A DNA stretch of 64,000 nucleotides from Anthoceros angustus (lineage: Eukaryota > Plantae > Anthocerotophyta), in the NCBI GenBank assembly GCA_010909165.1, contig MU008160.1, positions 930,001-994,000 of the forward strand. Reading direction: 5' to 3'. Of this stretch, positions 22,518 through 36,200 are shown one piece after another. Below the pieces are notes generated by a model, which saw nothing but the letters and a program-made list of their open reading frames with translations, ran no database searches and was not told the origin of the DNA. Position numbers and translations under genes: made by a program. Every line of letters starts with the position of its first letter. Within the stretch, counting starts at the first letter, position 1.

Positions 22518-24802
22518 TGGCGATGCTGCCTCCTCCCCCGAGCCCCGTTTGATTCTTGGAGGATGGCCATCAGGGTGGGTTGTCAACATATCCGTCTTAA
22601 AAGCCCTCTTCAACGTCCTCTGTGCCCGCATCCTTCCACTCCTTGTGCACGCCATCCTTTTGGCTCCCTAGTGCGTGTGAGTGTGGCAAATGTCATGGGA
22701 CGACTCACCTCAATGCCATTTGCCGGCATGTAAAGCGGTGGCCAAGAACATGGCTCTGCACAAGGAGGCATCTGCCGTCGTCGGCGCACATTTTGCATCA
22801 ATTGGGCCAAATATCTTACCATGTTGTAGGGGTCGGATGCACTCACACGATGTGGTAATGTGTAGCACCGACGTTGCGTTCGAACACGCCGTCCACAAAT
22901 GCGACTCAGTACTTCCGAGGCCTCGTGATGCCGTCAGGCCGCACCGCTGTTCCAACCTCGTGGACTACATCACCGCGATGTCCCGTGCAGTGCGATCGCA
23001 CTCTAAGCGGTGGGAAAGGTCCCCCCTCGGCCGCGGAAATTGTCGAGCGATTGTTGGCACTCCATGCCCGCCTCAACCGCAATCACCAATCACCGTCGTT
23101 CAACCCCATCGAGGCACCAGTGCAAATAATGGCATCGGTCGCTCACGGAGGGTTAGGAGGTCCTCGAATCGCCGCTCGCTCGTTCGGACGGCATCTGAGC
23201 CTTCTCGGTCACGCAACCGCAGCATGCGCGGCACGTCGTCGCTCCCTACGCGCGGAATGCCATAAGCGCGCGTCTGCGCCGTCCTTTCCTCCGCCGCCTC
23301 TGCATACTCTGGCGACCCAAGTGCGGTGGGCTGCGGTGCGGTCGGAGCATCTCCTCCTCATCCATCGCGAACCTCAAGTTGGTGCTATTCGCGTTATCTG
23401 CAACTCTTCCGTCATGGATCGAAGGTCGGTCGTCCATCCGCGAAGGCGGACCAGCGGCGGAGGCGCTCTGCGTCGAAGAACCCGGATGGTGGCGGTGTCG
23501 AACATTTCAGCCGTCCATGCCACCATCGGATGCGGTGCCCTTCGAGTTCGTACTGCGCCGTCTCCACAAGATGTTGCAGCCTTGCAAGCGGCACCCGCAT
23601 CGGTTTCGATCGCCATTCTGCCTTCTCCAGTGACCCAAAATTTGAAGAAAAGAACCTCCTCTGGCGATGCTGCCTCCTCCCCCGAGCCCCGTTTGATTCT
23701 TGGAGGATGGCCATCAGGGTGGGTTGTCAACATATCCGTCTTAAAAGCCCTCTTCAACGTCCTCTGTGCCCGCATCCTTCCACTCCTTGTGCACGCCATC
23801 CTTTTGGCTCCCTAGTGCGCGAGTGTGGCAAATGTCATGGGACGACTCACCTCAATGCCATTTGCCCGGTGAGAGCGGTGGCGAAGACAACTGCCTGAGG
23901 AGGCATCTGCCGTCGTCGGCCCGCACATTTTGCATCAATTCAAATATCTTACCATGTGTTGTAGGGGTCGGATGCACTCGTGGGCGATGTGGTAATGTGT
24001 GTAGCCGGCGACAGCGTTAACGTTCGCCACAAATCGGCGACTCCCAGTACTTCGAGCCTCGGCGATGCCGTCGCGTAGGCCCGCCTGCGTCCACTGTTCC
24101 AACCTCGTGGACTACATCATGTCCCGTGCAGTGCGATCGCACTCTAAGCGGTGGGAAAGGTCCCCCCCCCCCCAGCCATCGGCGGAAATTGTCGAACAGT
24201 TGTTGGCACTCCATGCCCGCCTCAACCTGCAATCACCAATGCCGTCGTTCAACCCCATCGAGCACCCACCGCAATAATGGCATCTTCGCTCACACGGAGG
24301 GTTAGGAGGTCCTCGAATCGCCGCCTCCGTTCGGACGGCATCTGAGCCTTCTCGGTCCGCAAACGCGCATCGCGGCATGTGCGTCGTCGCTCCTGCCGCG
24401 GAATAAGCGCCGGTCTGCCGTCCTTTCCTCCGCCGCTCGCTACCTGCAGGCCCACGGTGGGCTGCGGTGCGATCAGCATCTCCTCCTCATCCATCGCGAA
24501 CCTCAAGTTGGTGCTATTCGCGTTCTCTGCAACTCTTCCGTCATGGATCGAAGGTCGGTCGATCCATATCGCGAAGGCGGACCAGCCGGCGGAGGAGCTG
24601 CGTCAGAAGAACCACGGATGGTGGCGGTGTCGAACATTTCCGGCCCGTCCATGCCTTTCGGATCGGCGAGCCCGCCGAGTTCGTACTGCGCCGTCTCCAC
24701 AAGATGTTGCAGCCTTGCAAGCGCCCGCGCCAGTTTGCGATCGCCATTCTGCCTTCTCCGCAAGTGACCCAAAATTTGAAGAAAAGAACCTCCTCTGGCG
24801 AT
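22518..24802 (+). repeat. ~1.14-kb tandem duplication inside the giant element
   Basis: tggcgatgctgcctcctcccccgagccccg at 22518 and 23662; both units end in aagaacctcctctggcgatg. Confidence 0.85.
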
Positions 24803-26521
24803 GGCTGCGGATTCACCCGGCCGCGCCTTCCTTCCCACCCTGCGGTGGTGTGCGGAGCTCTTCCACAACTAAAAGGTCCGTTGCCATGCCGTTAGCGAGC
24901 CTCTTCCGCTCCGCGCGAGGCGCTTCCATGAGCAGGCGTGCACGCGCGGCCGTCCGCGCGGGGACTTCTGCGCCCGCCTCGTGCGGGCAGGCAGCCTGGC
25001 GCGCTGCCGTTGGCCTAGGGAGAGGAAATTGCCTCCTCCCACATGTCCCGAGGTCGAGGCGGGTGGGATGCGCGGTGCCTCAAGGTCGGGGATGCCGGAC
25101 GTCGGCGTTGTTGAACTCTCCCTCCAGGCCACGACCACCGCCCGCGCCCGCTCTCCATCCCATCGGTGACATCCACTTCTTCCTCCTCCGGCACCCAATC
25201 GTAAACCTCCGGGCGCGCTCGCTCCCATACCTCGCCCTGCGAGGTGTAAATTACTCACGTCCCGGATGTATACGGCATTTGCATCGACTGTCGGCCTCTG
25301 TGTGTCTTCAGAAATTGGCGAATGTCCACCGGACTTGTGTGCAGCCAGCCGGCATCACGGACCTGCGGCCGGACGCCGCTTGTCGAATAGAGCCTCGCAC
25401 CCCTCAACAATGGCTGCACGTTCCTTGGTGACGCGTTAGTTGTCGTCGCCCCGGCATGCGGCCGTAGCTCCACTGCGTGGTCGGGACACGAAGACAACCG
25501 CCTTCTCCATCTCCCAAGTCGACCTTGGGCAAAGCCTTGTCGGTGTACTTGTACCGAGCTTTGTGAGCCAACGCCCCTCGCCATCCCACGGTGCGCGCGC
25601 TCTTTTGCTTCTTCCGGGCCTATACCGCGCCGTGATTCCGGGCTGCGTGAATGGGATTGTCCGGCGGCCGCGAGGCGGCCTCGCTCACTGCGCCGTCTCC
25701 TCCTCCCACCGGGCGTGGCGTGCGATCCGCCCACCCATTCTCCGCCATATGTGGATGGGCCACAGGGGCACGTTGAACCTCCGGCGATCCGGCGATGGCG
25801 GCTTGGGCGGCAGCGAGGCCGTCGCGGGCGATATTGGGCATCGGCGCCGTGAAGTGCGGTCGCCCCTCCGGGCGCAATTGCCGCGCCCGCTCCGCGGCGG
25901 CGCGATGGCGGGCGTCCGGACGTCGCATCCGTGGAGGCGAGCACGGATCGATGACCTTACATGGGGCATATTCTTGGCGATCATTCGTCTTCGCCGTGCG
26001 TCGAGCAAGAATTGTGTACAATTTCTTCCTCGTCTGCCGGGTTGAGAGGTGTGCGCTCACGTTGTCTTAGACGCCATGGTGCTGTGTGGAAGACCGCGCT
26101 TGTACCTTATCCACCGCCCACCCGAATGCGGCGCCTCGGTGTGGGACGGCAGAGGCCAGGAGCGGATCGATGGCGCAGATGCACGCAAGCATTGCGCGCC
26201 CGGCGTTGAAGTGAGTGGGTCGCGAAAGCTGAAATCATTGGCATATTCTCCGTGGCCCGCCGACATGCTTTGAGCACGCGGCGTAGCGGTACGTTGATTA
26301 TGGATGGCCGTGCTTGCGGCCAGTTTTGGCTCACGATATGCGTGCTTGCATTGCGCTATGTGTGCAAACTCTCCACGTTGTGCGCGCCCCATCTTGCGGC
26401 CGATGCATCTGCGGCCAAACCACTCAACACCCTCATCGCGTTGCCGCGCATCCTTCCTCTCCCGCTGGTTGCGGTGGACATGACATAGTGGATCGCCGGC
26501 GTTTGACTTCCGCTCGTAGCC

Positions 26522-28256
26522 AAACATGCGGTATGCGATCATGGTTCCTTCCGCGTCACACTTGCGAAGATCTACATGTGTCCCAATAACATATTGGGTC
26601 CGATATGTTCGGATAAACTATTGGGTGGGAAAGTGCATGATGCGCTATCAACTGCGCGCCTCGAGCATTGGTGTCCGGACCGCACACCAATTTTGACGCG
26701 TTGTGAAACAATTCATTGTGCCTTGCTTATTCAATGCAATTGGCATCCGATGTCCATGGGCTGCGTTGAGGTGCGAGGTGGGAGGATTGCGAGAAAGGCA
26801 GCGTTGCTGCCGTGCAGTTGCACAACCATCCGGACATCCTGCCATCATGCCTTTTAGGCATCCGCCATATTCTATGCACCATCGGCTATGCATTAATATC
26901 CCTTGTAGTCCGCCATATTCTGCGATCGGTGTGCGGCTCATGAAGTCCATCCCATATTGCTTGCCATAAAATCCGTGACCATGGCCCATATTGGCACCCA
27001 GCGCCATCTCACATTTTTCGATGGCATGGTTGCCTTGGCCTTCCGGCCTCATGGAGATTTGTCTGGTCACTCCCACATCCCGCATCCGGATGGTCCTCCC
27101 GCCCTTACCGGCCCGCTCCACGGACAGTAGTCTCAGCGAGCCACCGCCGCCATCGCCCCGCCCGCCGAGGCCGCGGCTGCCGGCGGCGAGCCCGCCCGGC
27201 ATGCCCCACCCGCCAAGGCCCGCCCACCAACCCGCCCCCAACCCGCCCCAGCCGCCCAACCCAACCGCCGCACCCACCCAACAAACAAATGCCACTGAAC
27301 CAACAATGCCTAAAATGCGAATACCACAAGAACCCAAAATGCCTAAAAATTTCGCGCACGCCTTACATTGGTGAAATGCATAACATGCGGTGGTCCGGCG
27401 ATCATGGTTCCTTCCGCGTCACGATCGTACGGATGTGTCCCAATAACATATTGGGTCCGATATGTTCGGATAAACTATTGGGTGGGAAGTGCACATGATG
27501 CGCTATCAACTGCGCGCCTCCGAGCATTGGTGTCCGGACCGCACATGACGTTGTGAAACAATTCATTGTGCCCTTGCTTATTCAATGCAATTGGTCCGAT
27601 GTCCATACTGCGTTGGAGGGCACGTGGTGGTTGTGCTTTGGAGGCGAGGCGAGCAACGTTGCGGTGTGCCGTCTGCATGCACAACCATCCGGACATCCTA
27701 CCGCCATCATGCCTTTTAGGCATCCGCCATATTCTATGCACCATCGGCTATGCATTAATATCCCTTCCGTAGTCCGCGCCATATTCGTCGTGTACGGCTC
27801 ATGAAGTCCATCCCATATTGCTTGCCATAAAATCCGTGACCATGGCCCATATTGGCACGCCAAGACCATCGCCACTTCACATTTTTCGATGGCATGGTTG
27901 CCTTGGCCTTCCAGCGCCTCATGGAGATTTGTCTGTCACTCCCACATCCTCCCCATCAGTGGTCCTCCCGCCCCTGCCGGCGCTCCGCACGGCCGTCTCG
28001 GGCGAGCCTCCGCGCCATCCGCCCGGCCGCACGGAGGGCCGCGGCACTGCCAGCGGCGTCCCGCCCACCCACCCGCCCGCCCACCAACCCGCCCAACCCG
28101 CCCCCAACCCGCCCAACCAGCAACAACCCCACCCAACAAACCCCAATGCCACCACCAACAATGCCTAAAATGCCCCACAATGTGCAAATACCTGCGAAAA
28201 TGCCTAAAGCGAAATTTCCGCACAATGCCTTACATTGGTGAAATGCATAACATGCG
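26522..28256 (+). repeat. ~865-bp tandem duplication inside the giant element
   Basis: gcgatcatggttccttccgcgtcac at ~26536 and ~27399; both units end in gtgaaatgcataacatgcg. Confidence 0.85.
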
Positions 28257-28559
28257 AAAAGTGCATATTGAATGTGCAATTGGACGAGGTTGAATGTGCA
28301 AATGGACAGATGACGCCATATAACACAATGCACTTGCGATTCACGAAGATATGACGTTGCGGGGCTTGCCTCTCCGGCACTCCTCGAATGACAATAATGA
28401 AGGAGGTGCATATTCGTTATATGAACACATGAACAATGGTCCATTCATGAGACCAAAATGAAAGCATTTGACCAAGGGTTGATCAAGTTGGTTGCCTAAC
28501 GCACTAGATCCCAAAGGTCAAGAGAGAAAGAAGCCGGTGCATGGTCAAGTATGGATGCC

Positions 28560-30030
28560 TTTCCATGCACAAACTTCTACAATCGAATGAATGGGTAGGG
28601 AAGCCACATATATAGACATGTTTAGTGTCATGTCAAGACCAAGGAAGCAGTTAATCACGTGCCACCTCTCACTTGGTAGGCACTATAGGTCTATTTAAAA
28701 CCTACTTGTCCTTGGCCTTGAACAAATGATATGTAGTAAACAACGTACTCGCCCTTTTCATTGGGTTATGTTGTTCATGTCAGATATATTCGCACTATAT
28801 ATGTGTCATGGTGGTCACATGCATCACGATGCACATGGATTCATTGTGGCATGACACAACATCTACCTAGGCATGTTCACATACACACGCCAACCATACA
28901 TCATGCATACACCATGTGCATGCCATACATTCAATGCACCATCACATGCACCCCTACAAAGGACATGGCATATGGCAAGTGGTATGACAATGTTAAGCTA
29001 AGTCGAAGACCAAGGAAACACGTCGCCAAGGGTTGGACCGAGGCTCCCAGGAAAATGCGGATCCCAAAGGTACATAGAGAGAAAGAAGACAAGACCTTGT
29101 CTCGCACCTTTGCGCAGTATGATCTTGCGTTCCATGCAAACAAACTTACAATGGAATAATGAATGGGTAGGAAGCCACATATATAGACATGTTTCGGTAG
29201 CGTGGGTCGAAGACCAAGGAGGTTGAATCACGTGCCACCTCACACCGAACGTGGACACTTTGGGTTTATTTATTATCATACTTGTCCTTGGCCTTGAACA
29301 AATGATATGTATGCACTTACAACGTGCGCTTTTCCTTGGGTTATGGTGTTTAGGTTTTTCTATGTAGATGCGATGACCTATATATGTGTCATAGTACCAT
29401 ATAGACATGACGATGCGAGATAGATGGATTGCGCCGGACACGGCATCTAGGTAGACATGTTCACGTGCATCACATGCAACCATGCATCATGCATACATAC
29501 CATGTGCATGCCATGTGGACCTTTTCCTTGGGTTATGGTGTTTAGGTTTTTCTATGTAGATCGATGACCTATATATGTGTCATAGTACCATGCCAACATG
29601 CTTCACGATGCGAGATAGATGGATTGCGCATGACATGACATCTAGGTAGACATGTTCACGTGCATCCATGCAACCATGCATCATGCATACATACCATGCA
29701 TGCCATGTGTACCTTTTCCTTGGGTTATGGTGTTTAGGTTTTTCTATGTAGATGCGATGACCTATATATGTGTCATAGTATACATTAACATGCTTCACGA
29801 TGCGAGATAGATGGATTGCGCGCATGACACATCTAGGTAGACATGTTCACGTGCATCCATGCAACCATGCATGATGCACATACCTTGTGCATGCCATGTA
29901 CCTTTTCCTTGGGTTATGGTGTTTAGGTTTTTCTATGTAGATGGGATGACCTATATATGTGTCATAGTTGAATGAGAGGTTGCGATGCAAAGATGGATTG
30001 CGCCATGACCACGCATCTAGGTAGACATGT
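28560..30030 (-). repeat. ~190-bp tandem array, reverse complement of the 19.3-20.4 kb units
   Basis: tttccttgggttatggtgtttagg at ~29331, 29523, 29715 and 29903. Confidence 0.85.
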
Positions 30031-32199
30031 TCACGGCAGTGTGCGAGTTGGGTTTGAAGACGGTGCACCATGAAGATCGCTCGGCGGTCAAGTGCGGGCG
30101 GGAAGGGGCGGTTGCAGCGGTGGTGGAAGGAAGCAGTGCGCGTGCCACGTGCAAGGAAGGCGCGGCCGGTGGCGGTGGGTGGAAAAGGTGGGCAGCGCCC
30201 GCCCGTGCCGTGGAGGAGGATGAGGAACACAAGATCGGCGCGGCGATGGCGGAGGCGGCGGCCAGTGGGTTGGTGTGTTCCCGCGGGCTGGCTTGAAGAG
30301 TGGAAGCGGCGGTGACGAGTAGGTAGGCCCATCGTGACGCGCAAATCACGGTGCCGGATGCGCATGTTTGCGTGTGGCGCCGCAGCCTTGTCAGGCGTGG
30401 AAGGCGGCGAGGAATGGGAGATGCAAAGCTCGGCGAGTACATTCTGCGTGGCCTATGGTTCCCATCAACTCGGGGCTGTCCGAGTTCTTGGCATTTGTGG
30501 AGGACCATCAAAGCGTGTCTGCGCATAGAGGGCTATCCAGAAACTTGCCGTCTGTCGACTGCCGGCGAGGGGAGGCCGGATGGAGTGGCGGTGGACAAAT
30601 TCTGCGAGAGTGCCTCTGGGCGGTGGAGTGCCACATTTTCATGCACCAAGTGTTCGGCGTTGGCGTCGGATGGAAGAGGTACCGGAAAGGAGAGGTGCGA
30701 AGCGTGCGACCTTAGGATTTGGTTTTCCAGTGCGCGCAGTGCCCGACCTGTGGAGAGGTGGCCTATGAGGTATTATGAATTGGTTGATTTCGCGGTATGG
30801 AGAAATGGAATGGAATGAGAAGGAGGCGTTGTTCCGGGATATCAACCCGGCGAGAACCATGTTATGGCGTACTTGGCGAGATCACGAGTGCAGGCGGTGG
30901 AAGCGAACCATGCGGCCGTGAAGGCACAAAATTGTAATGTGGTTGCGGTTGGGAATGGCGTGATGGTGCGGAGCGAGGCGATGGTGAGCGGCCATCAACA
31001 AGTAAGGGTTGGGAGGCGGCGGGCTGCGGATTCTGCGGCCAGCGTCCGATAATGCAGCCGCTAAGTTGCGGATCGTTGTAAGGTGTGCGATGCGTGCGAT
31101 GCACATTCAATGTTTGCTGAAAATGCACGGTGTGGCGAGTAGCTGCGGTCGCATGGCGCCGCAATTGCACACGCTTGGCGGAAGGGTGCGGTGGCGCGCG
31201 CATATGCTGCGCGTTTGCGACGGATGCGAAGAATGGCGTAAAGGCGTGTCGATGGGGATCTCGCGATCCGAGGCGTGCAAAGACCTATGATTCCGTGCAC
31301 ATTCAATGCGCCATGATGGTGCGTTGACGGGAGGCGATGGAGGAGGAGGCGCGGGAAGGAGCGCGCGGCGAAGGAGGCGGCGGGGAGGAGGAGAGTGGGG
31401 GGCCATGGACAACCCGTGGCGTCGTCCGAGCGGAAGGTGGAGTGGAAGCCGCGGTGGCGAGATCAGCATTGGCGCACCACCTTGGGAGGCGTTTCGACGT
31501 CGATATCGTGGAGGTGCACCGGAAGTGCGGAGGTGGTGCCCGTGTCGCGATCTGCGTGGTCGACCATGAATTCTCAAACCTCGCTGATTGCGAGGTGGAT
31601 TGCACGGCGTCTCCATTGCCCAGCCATGCTTGGGTACGGCTCAAGGAGGCGTCACGCCCACAACGCCGATGTGCACGAGCGGGCTATGTGGCCTCGGTGC
31701 GAAATGTAAGCTATGGCATCCGGCGAAATGTGCTGGGGCATCCGGTGGCATTCGGTCGTGAGCCTCACAAGTCTTGTGTGTGCGTGTATGATCCATTCGA
31801 GTTTGCGGCGCCGACGTGAGAGCGGGCGCGTGGACGCCGCCATCGCGGCACGATCCAGGAGGCGGCGAGTGGATGGTGGCGCCGGGCAGCAGCGATCGGC
31901 GAAGTGGAGGAAGGCGGGCGCACGATGCCGGCGCGGCGCCAATGTTCGCGGGCGGAGGTTCGTGGCGTGGTCGCCAGCGGTTTGGTGTGACCGGGCGGGC
32001 GTCCTCGCGGGCGCTCCAACGGCGATCGGCTTTGCGCGGGCGGGGGCGGAGGCCGTGGGCGCGGTGGCTCGAAGCTCGGGCGGCAGTGGGCGGTGTGGGA
32101 GTGGGAGAGCCCGGCAAATCCACTCCACCGACTCCGCATGTGCGAGGCGTACATGCACGGGGGAGGCGAAATGTGGCACGATCTGGTCGGGAAATGGGT

Positions 32200-33250
32200 A
32201 CTCATGGTATTGGAGGTTCAGCATTGTCGCAATGCACAAAGATTTCATTTTAGGTGGAAGGCAGTTGGCCCACATTGAGGTCAGGTTGGAGGTGGTGAAG
32301 GTGCCTCGGTGGGCGGTCATGCATGCGCATGGGCGGAATCTTTGGAAACGCAAAAAGCGGCATGGCACGTTGGTGCCGTTGTGGATGCAATTCGCGAAGA
32401 GCGGGATTGCAATCTGCGTGCTGACCATCGAGATAGGAGCGCCGGTGTGACCATGCTCGTGAAGTCAATGGAGGCTTACGTGGAGTTTTTGAGTAGAGAA
32501 GGGCGCCTTTTCGGCAATCACCGTCGTTCGAAAGTGGAGGAAGCGGGTTGGATGGCACCTATGGTCGCGGTGGAGGGAATGATAGCGATGGATGTTACGC
32601 AATCGGAGAAGTGGAGTTGGAAGCTAGTGGTGGCGGTTGGGCGGAATGGGACGGCGTCACATGTGCTGTGGACGGGCCGGCGGCATTGGAACATCGGTGA
32701 GGCTCGTTTCGGCGGTGGGACATTGAGCATCCTCCCGAGTTGGATCAACACAATTTTTGTGGGCGCGTCATTGCCGTTCGTGTACAACAGGCGGAGCATT
32801 TCATATGTTACTTGGACTTGAATCGAGCGAGGGAGTATTCAAACCTGGAAGCATGTGACGATCATCGGGGCATGCCACACAATGAAAGTCGCGGGATGCC
32901 ACGATAGCTGGAAGATCCCATGCCTTTTGTTCGCGGAGGCCGTCGTGGAACCCTGCGCATTGAGGTAAGGCGGCGGTTACATCGTTTGCGGGTTTGCGGC
33001 GGCGCTGAAAAGAGGAGAGGAAGGCCATCGACAATTGTCGATGGCACCGCAATGCGGGGAAGTGTGTATGCACTGCGGCGAGAGATTGTTCACAAGCAGA
33101 CGGTGTGTGGTGCGTCTGTTGGTTTGGAAGTGTTGGCGCGTGCACTTGTTCTGCACTTCAAACAATGAATGAAACGGAAGCAAAAAGCGTGATAGCTAGG
33201 CGCTTTCACGAACTTGCTGCGATCTACCTGCGGATGACATGCGGTGCAAC
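32200..33250 (-). pseudogene. Possible degenerate KDZ (Kyakuja-Dileera-Zisupton)-like transposase core
   Basis: Fragments across frames in plausible order: TIVDG, PRTKG/HGIFQL, QVTYEMLRLLY..PTKIV, LHEHGH, HADCNPALREL, F.RFRPCACMT. Resemblance by eye only. Confidence 0.35.
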
Positions 33251-36200
33251 CCCGCATAGCGCTTCAAGCGGCGGACCGTCCGTGGAACAAAAATCGATCA
33301 TCGCTAACGGTAATGCAGCCGTGCACTGAAACCCTTGGCGGCGGACATGCCATTACTCGGGCGGAAAGTGTTAGGAGGATCGAAATCGCCGGTGTGGAGA
33401 GGCATTTGGGGTTTGAGCGGGAGGAAGGCGCATGGGCAAAAAGCGCTCCATTTGGAAGTAGGCGGCGCGAGGTGGGAGGTGTTGAGGCCACAGTCACCTT
33501 GCCATCACGTGGGCGCGTGAAGGGTGCCCATGGGCCTTGGCTGGCGGCCTTGAGCGGCGAAGGAAGGAATGGTGGGCGTCGCCGGCATCGAGGAGGTCAG
33601 GCCATCATCATCGAGACGGTGAAAACTTGAGGCAATTCCGTGCGAGCGGCGGGGATGAGGGCTGGAAGGTGGAGAAGGGATGCATAGGAGGCAGGCGGGT
33701 GGCGCCTTACACCATAAGCTGTATGATTTGGGTGCGGCAAAAGCGGGGAGGCCATTGAAAGGCCCTAGCTAGGCAGGCTTGAGCTGCGTGACGAGGCTCT
33801 GCATCGGCTGCATGCATGGCGCGGTGTATGGGAGGTTGTCCGTGGAGGAGGTGTGCCGGTGCCACGCACATCACCCGGCACGTGAATCTTTGGAATCTGA
33901 TTCGTGCGGCTGGCTGGATGGAATCGAAATCCCAGGAGGCGAGGTCACGGAGGCTGCGTTTGATGCGGCCGGAGCACATGTACGGCAGTCGCGGCGCATC
34001 CGCGTCCGATACACCAATCGACACCCATGTACATGTGGCATATGGATTGTAAGTGCGTGAGAGGGGGCATGCGAGTTCGCGAGTTCGGTGCATGGAAGAA
34101 GTGATTGCGAGAGTTGTGCAATCGGTGGCGTGCATGGTTGCCTTGTCGACTTATGACAAGATGTACCAATTCTACTTGAGTGCAGGGCCATAGATGGGGC
34201 AACCCATTCGTCCCACAGTTGGTCTTGGAGGATAACAAGCAGCGATTTTCAACGCCTATGTGGAAGCGGTGAGGAAGTTTGGGCATCCGCGGATTCGGTC
34301 GGACTACGCAGCACAACCTAATAGAGATGAAAGCGAGGCCAAGGGCACATGGAAGCAACTTCATCCGCCCCTCTGCACAACCGGTAAAAGTTAGGAGGTT
34401 GGTGCGTTTTCCTTATACTGCGGTGGTGGTGAAGTCGATGCGGATGGTTGCGAGGATTGAGCATTTGGCGGTCCTTGGGAGAGAAGTGGGCATTCCTCTA
34501 CAAGGGTACATGATGGATATGGTGAGGCGTGACGACATCACCAACCCAGCACATCCATTCCACGTGACCTTCATGCCCGATGAGGCGGAGCTCGGCGTTG
34601 GAGGCGGTATGGAATAGGCACGGGTGCGGAAGATCGAGGCAGCGGGGACATTCCGGCCATGTGCACGCTATCGCATTCAAGAAGAAGGTCGACTACAAGG
34701 GTGGGTGCACCACCGCATATAGAGTGAGGAGGGCGATGGCGAGGAGTTCGATGTGGGTGGCCCTCGGTATGCACGTGGCGTGGCCCAGATGCCACCACTC
34801 GGTGACGCCGGTGCTGGGGTGAGCAAGCTACGTTGCTGTCCATTTATTTTGTCATGAGTTCTGACATTGTGGAGGGAGGCGCGCCAGCGCCATTTGTGCG
34901 AGCACGGGGCCCGGCTTCGTATGGGCCGCTGCGTGGGTTGTCAGAAGCTGCGATGGCGAGGACAATGCATATGCAAAGGGATTGCGGACATGGACTTCCT
35001 CCGGACATGTATCGGTGCACATGGCACTAACACTCTGCGAGTGCGAGAGCCGAGGGCGCATTGCCCGAATACCTCCACCGGTGGGACGGGTGAAGCCACC
35101 CGTGGGCGTGGGCGGCCATCACCCTGCTGTCTATGGTGCACGAGGTGTGAGGCGTGTGGCCCAGTTGCGCCTTGGGAGTGAGCTAGGTGTAGGCTGGAGA
35201 AAATTGATTTGTCGCTCACCATGACACAGGGCGGTGACATTGTCGCTCACCATGACACAGGAGGCGGTGACAATTTGGATTTGTTTGTTACGGCGTTTTG
35301 AGAGTTGAGCCCGGTGGTGGCTTTGTTGTGGTGCAATGTAAAGGCCGGTTGTGGAAGATGGTGTGCGCCACCGAGGCCCGTATGGCTGGCCCCTCAGCGC
35401 ACGACGCCGGATGCGATAGCAGCGCGCGAGGCGCATGGCGCCGTGACGCTATCAGTGGGCCTCGATGCCGCAGCATACAGCCCTTGTGCCCTCCTCCACG
35501 CCATCTCCCATAAAGCCCGTGACGGTTCCGTGATGGCAAACCGACGGGCAGACGCGATGGTCATGCGAAGGATGTCCGATGGCCCATGCCCTCCTAAAAC
35601 GAAAACATTGTGTGTCACACACCACAAAAGATTCTCGACACAAACACCATTAGTGACGAGATCGACACGAGGGCGCGAACGACCGATGTCGCTGGGAGAC
35701 TGGAAGTTTTCCGCCGTATGCGGCCGGAAAACTTCTTTGGTCACAATGGAAAAAAACCCTAAAGGGCCCGTGTGACGAGATCGGTATTCCATACAAACAT
35801 CTGTGGATAGTCATAGTTCATGAATTTGTTAGTGGCACGTTTATGAGGGAATCTGATGAAACGAAACTACTCCAGTCCTCACACTTCTGTCAAGATATGT
35901 ACATTGGAGAAGGCTGAGGCTGTGCTTCACTGTGATGTTTTGAGGGAGTGGATGACAAATTTTTGCTCATTCCAAATTCCAAGACAGATTCTATCTGTGC
36001 CAAGTTGTGATGCAATCCAATGAAAGGCTGGCTGTTGGCATCACAGATAAAACTCAGGCCGTTGAAAAGGAAGTTTCAAGCCAATCTGTGTGATATGCTA
36101 ACCATTGGCGAAGAGAAAAGAACTGATGTGATGTGCAATGCCGTGCCCTGTAAAACCTAGGTGAGGCCCTAAAATACCACTGCACTCGACACGAAAAAAA

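Larger units (their letters stand above)
16215..35793. mobile_element. Giant (~19.6 kb) GC-rich TIR DNA transposon, superfamily unresolved
   Basis: Perfect 27-bp TIR TATGGAATACCGATCTCGTCACACGGG (16215-16241; reverse complement 35767-35793) flanked by a duplicated target: CAAACA (6 bp), or ACAAACAT (8 bp) if the TIR is read as 26 bp. Confidence 0.85.

Noticed and set aside
16389-35792. The many overlapping 60-380-aa ORFs as real genes
   Set aside because: Expected in GC-rich DNA; plus-strand frames mostly look like antisense shadows and none has a recognisable domain.
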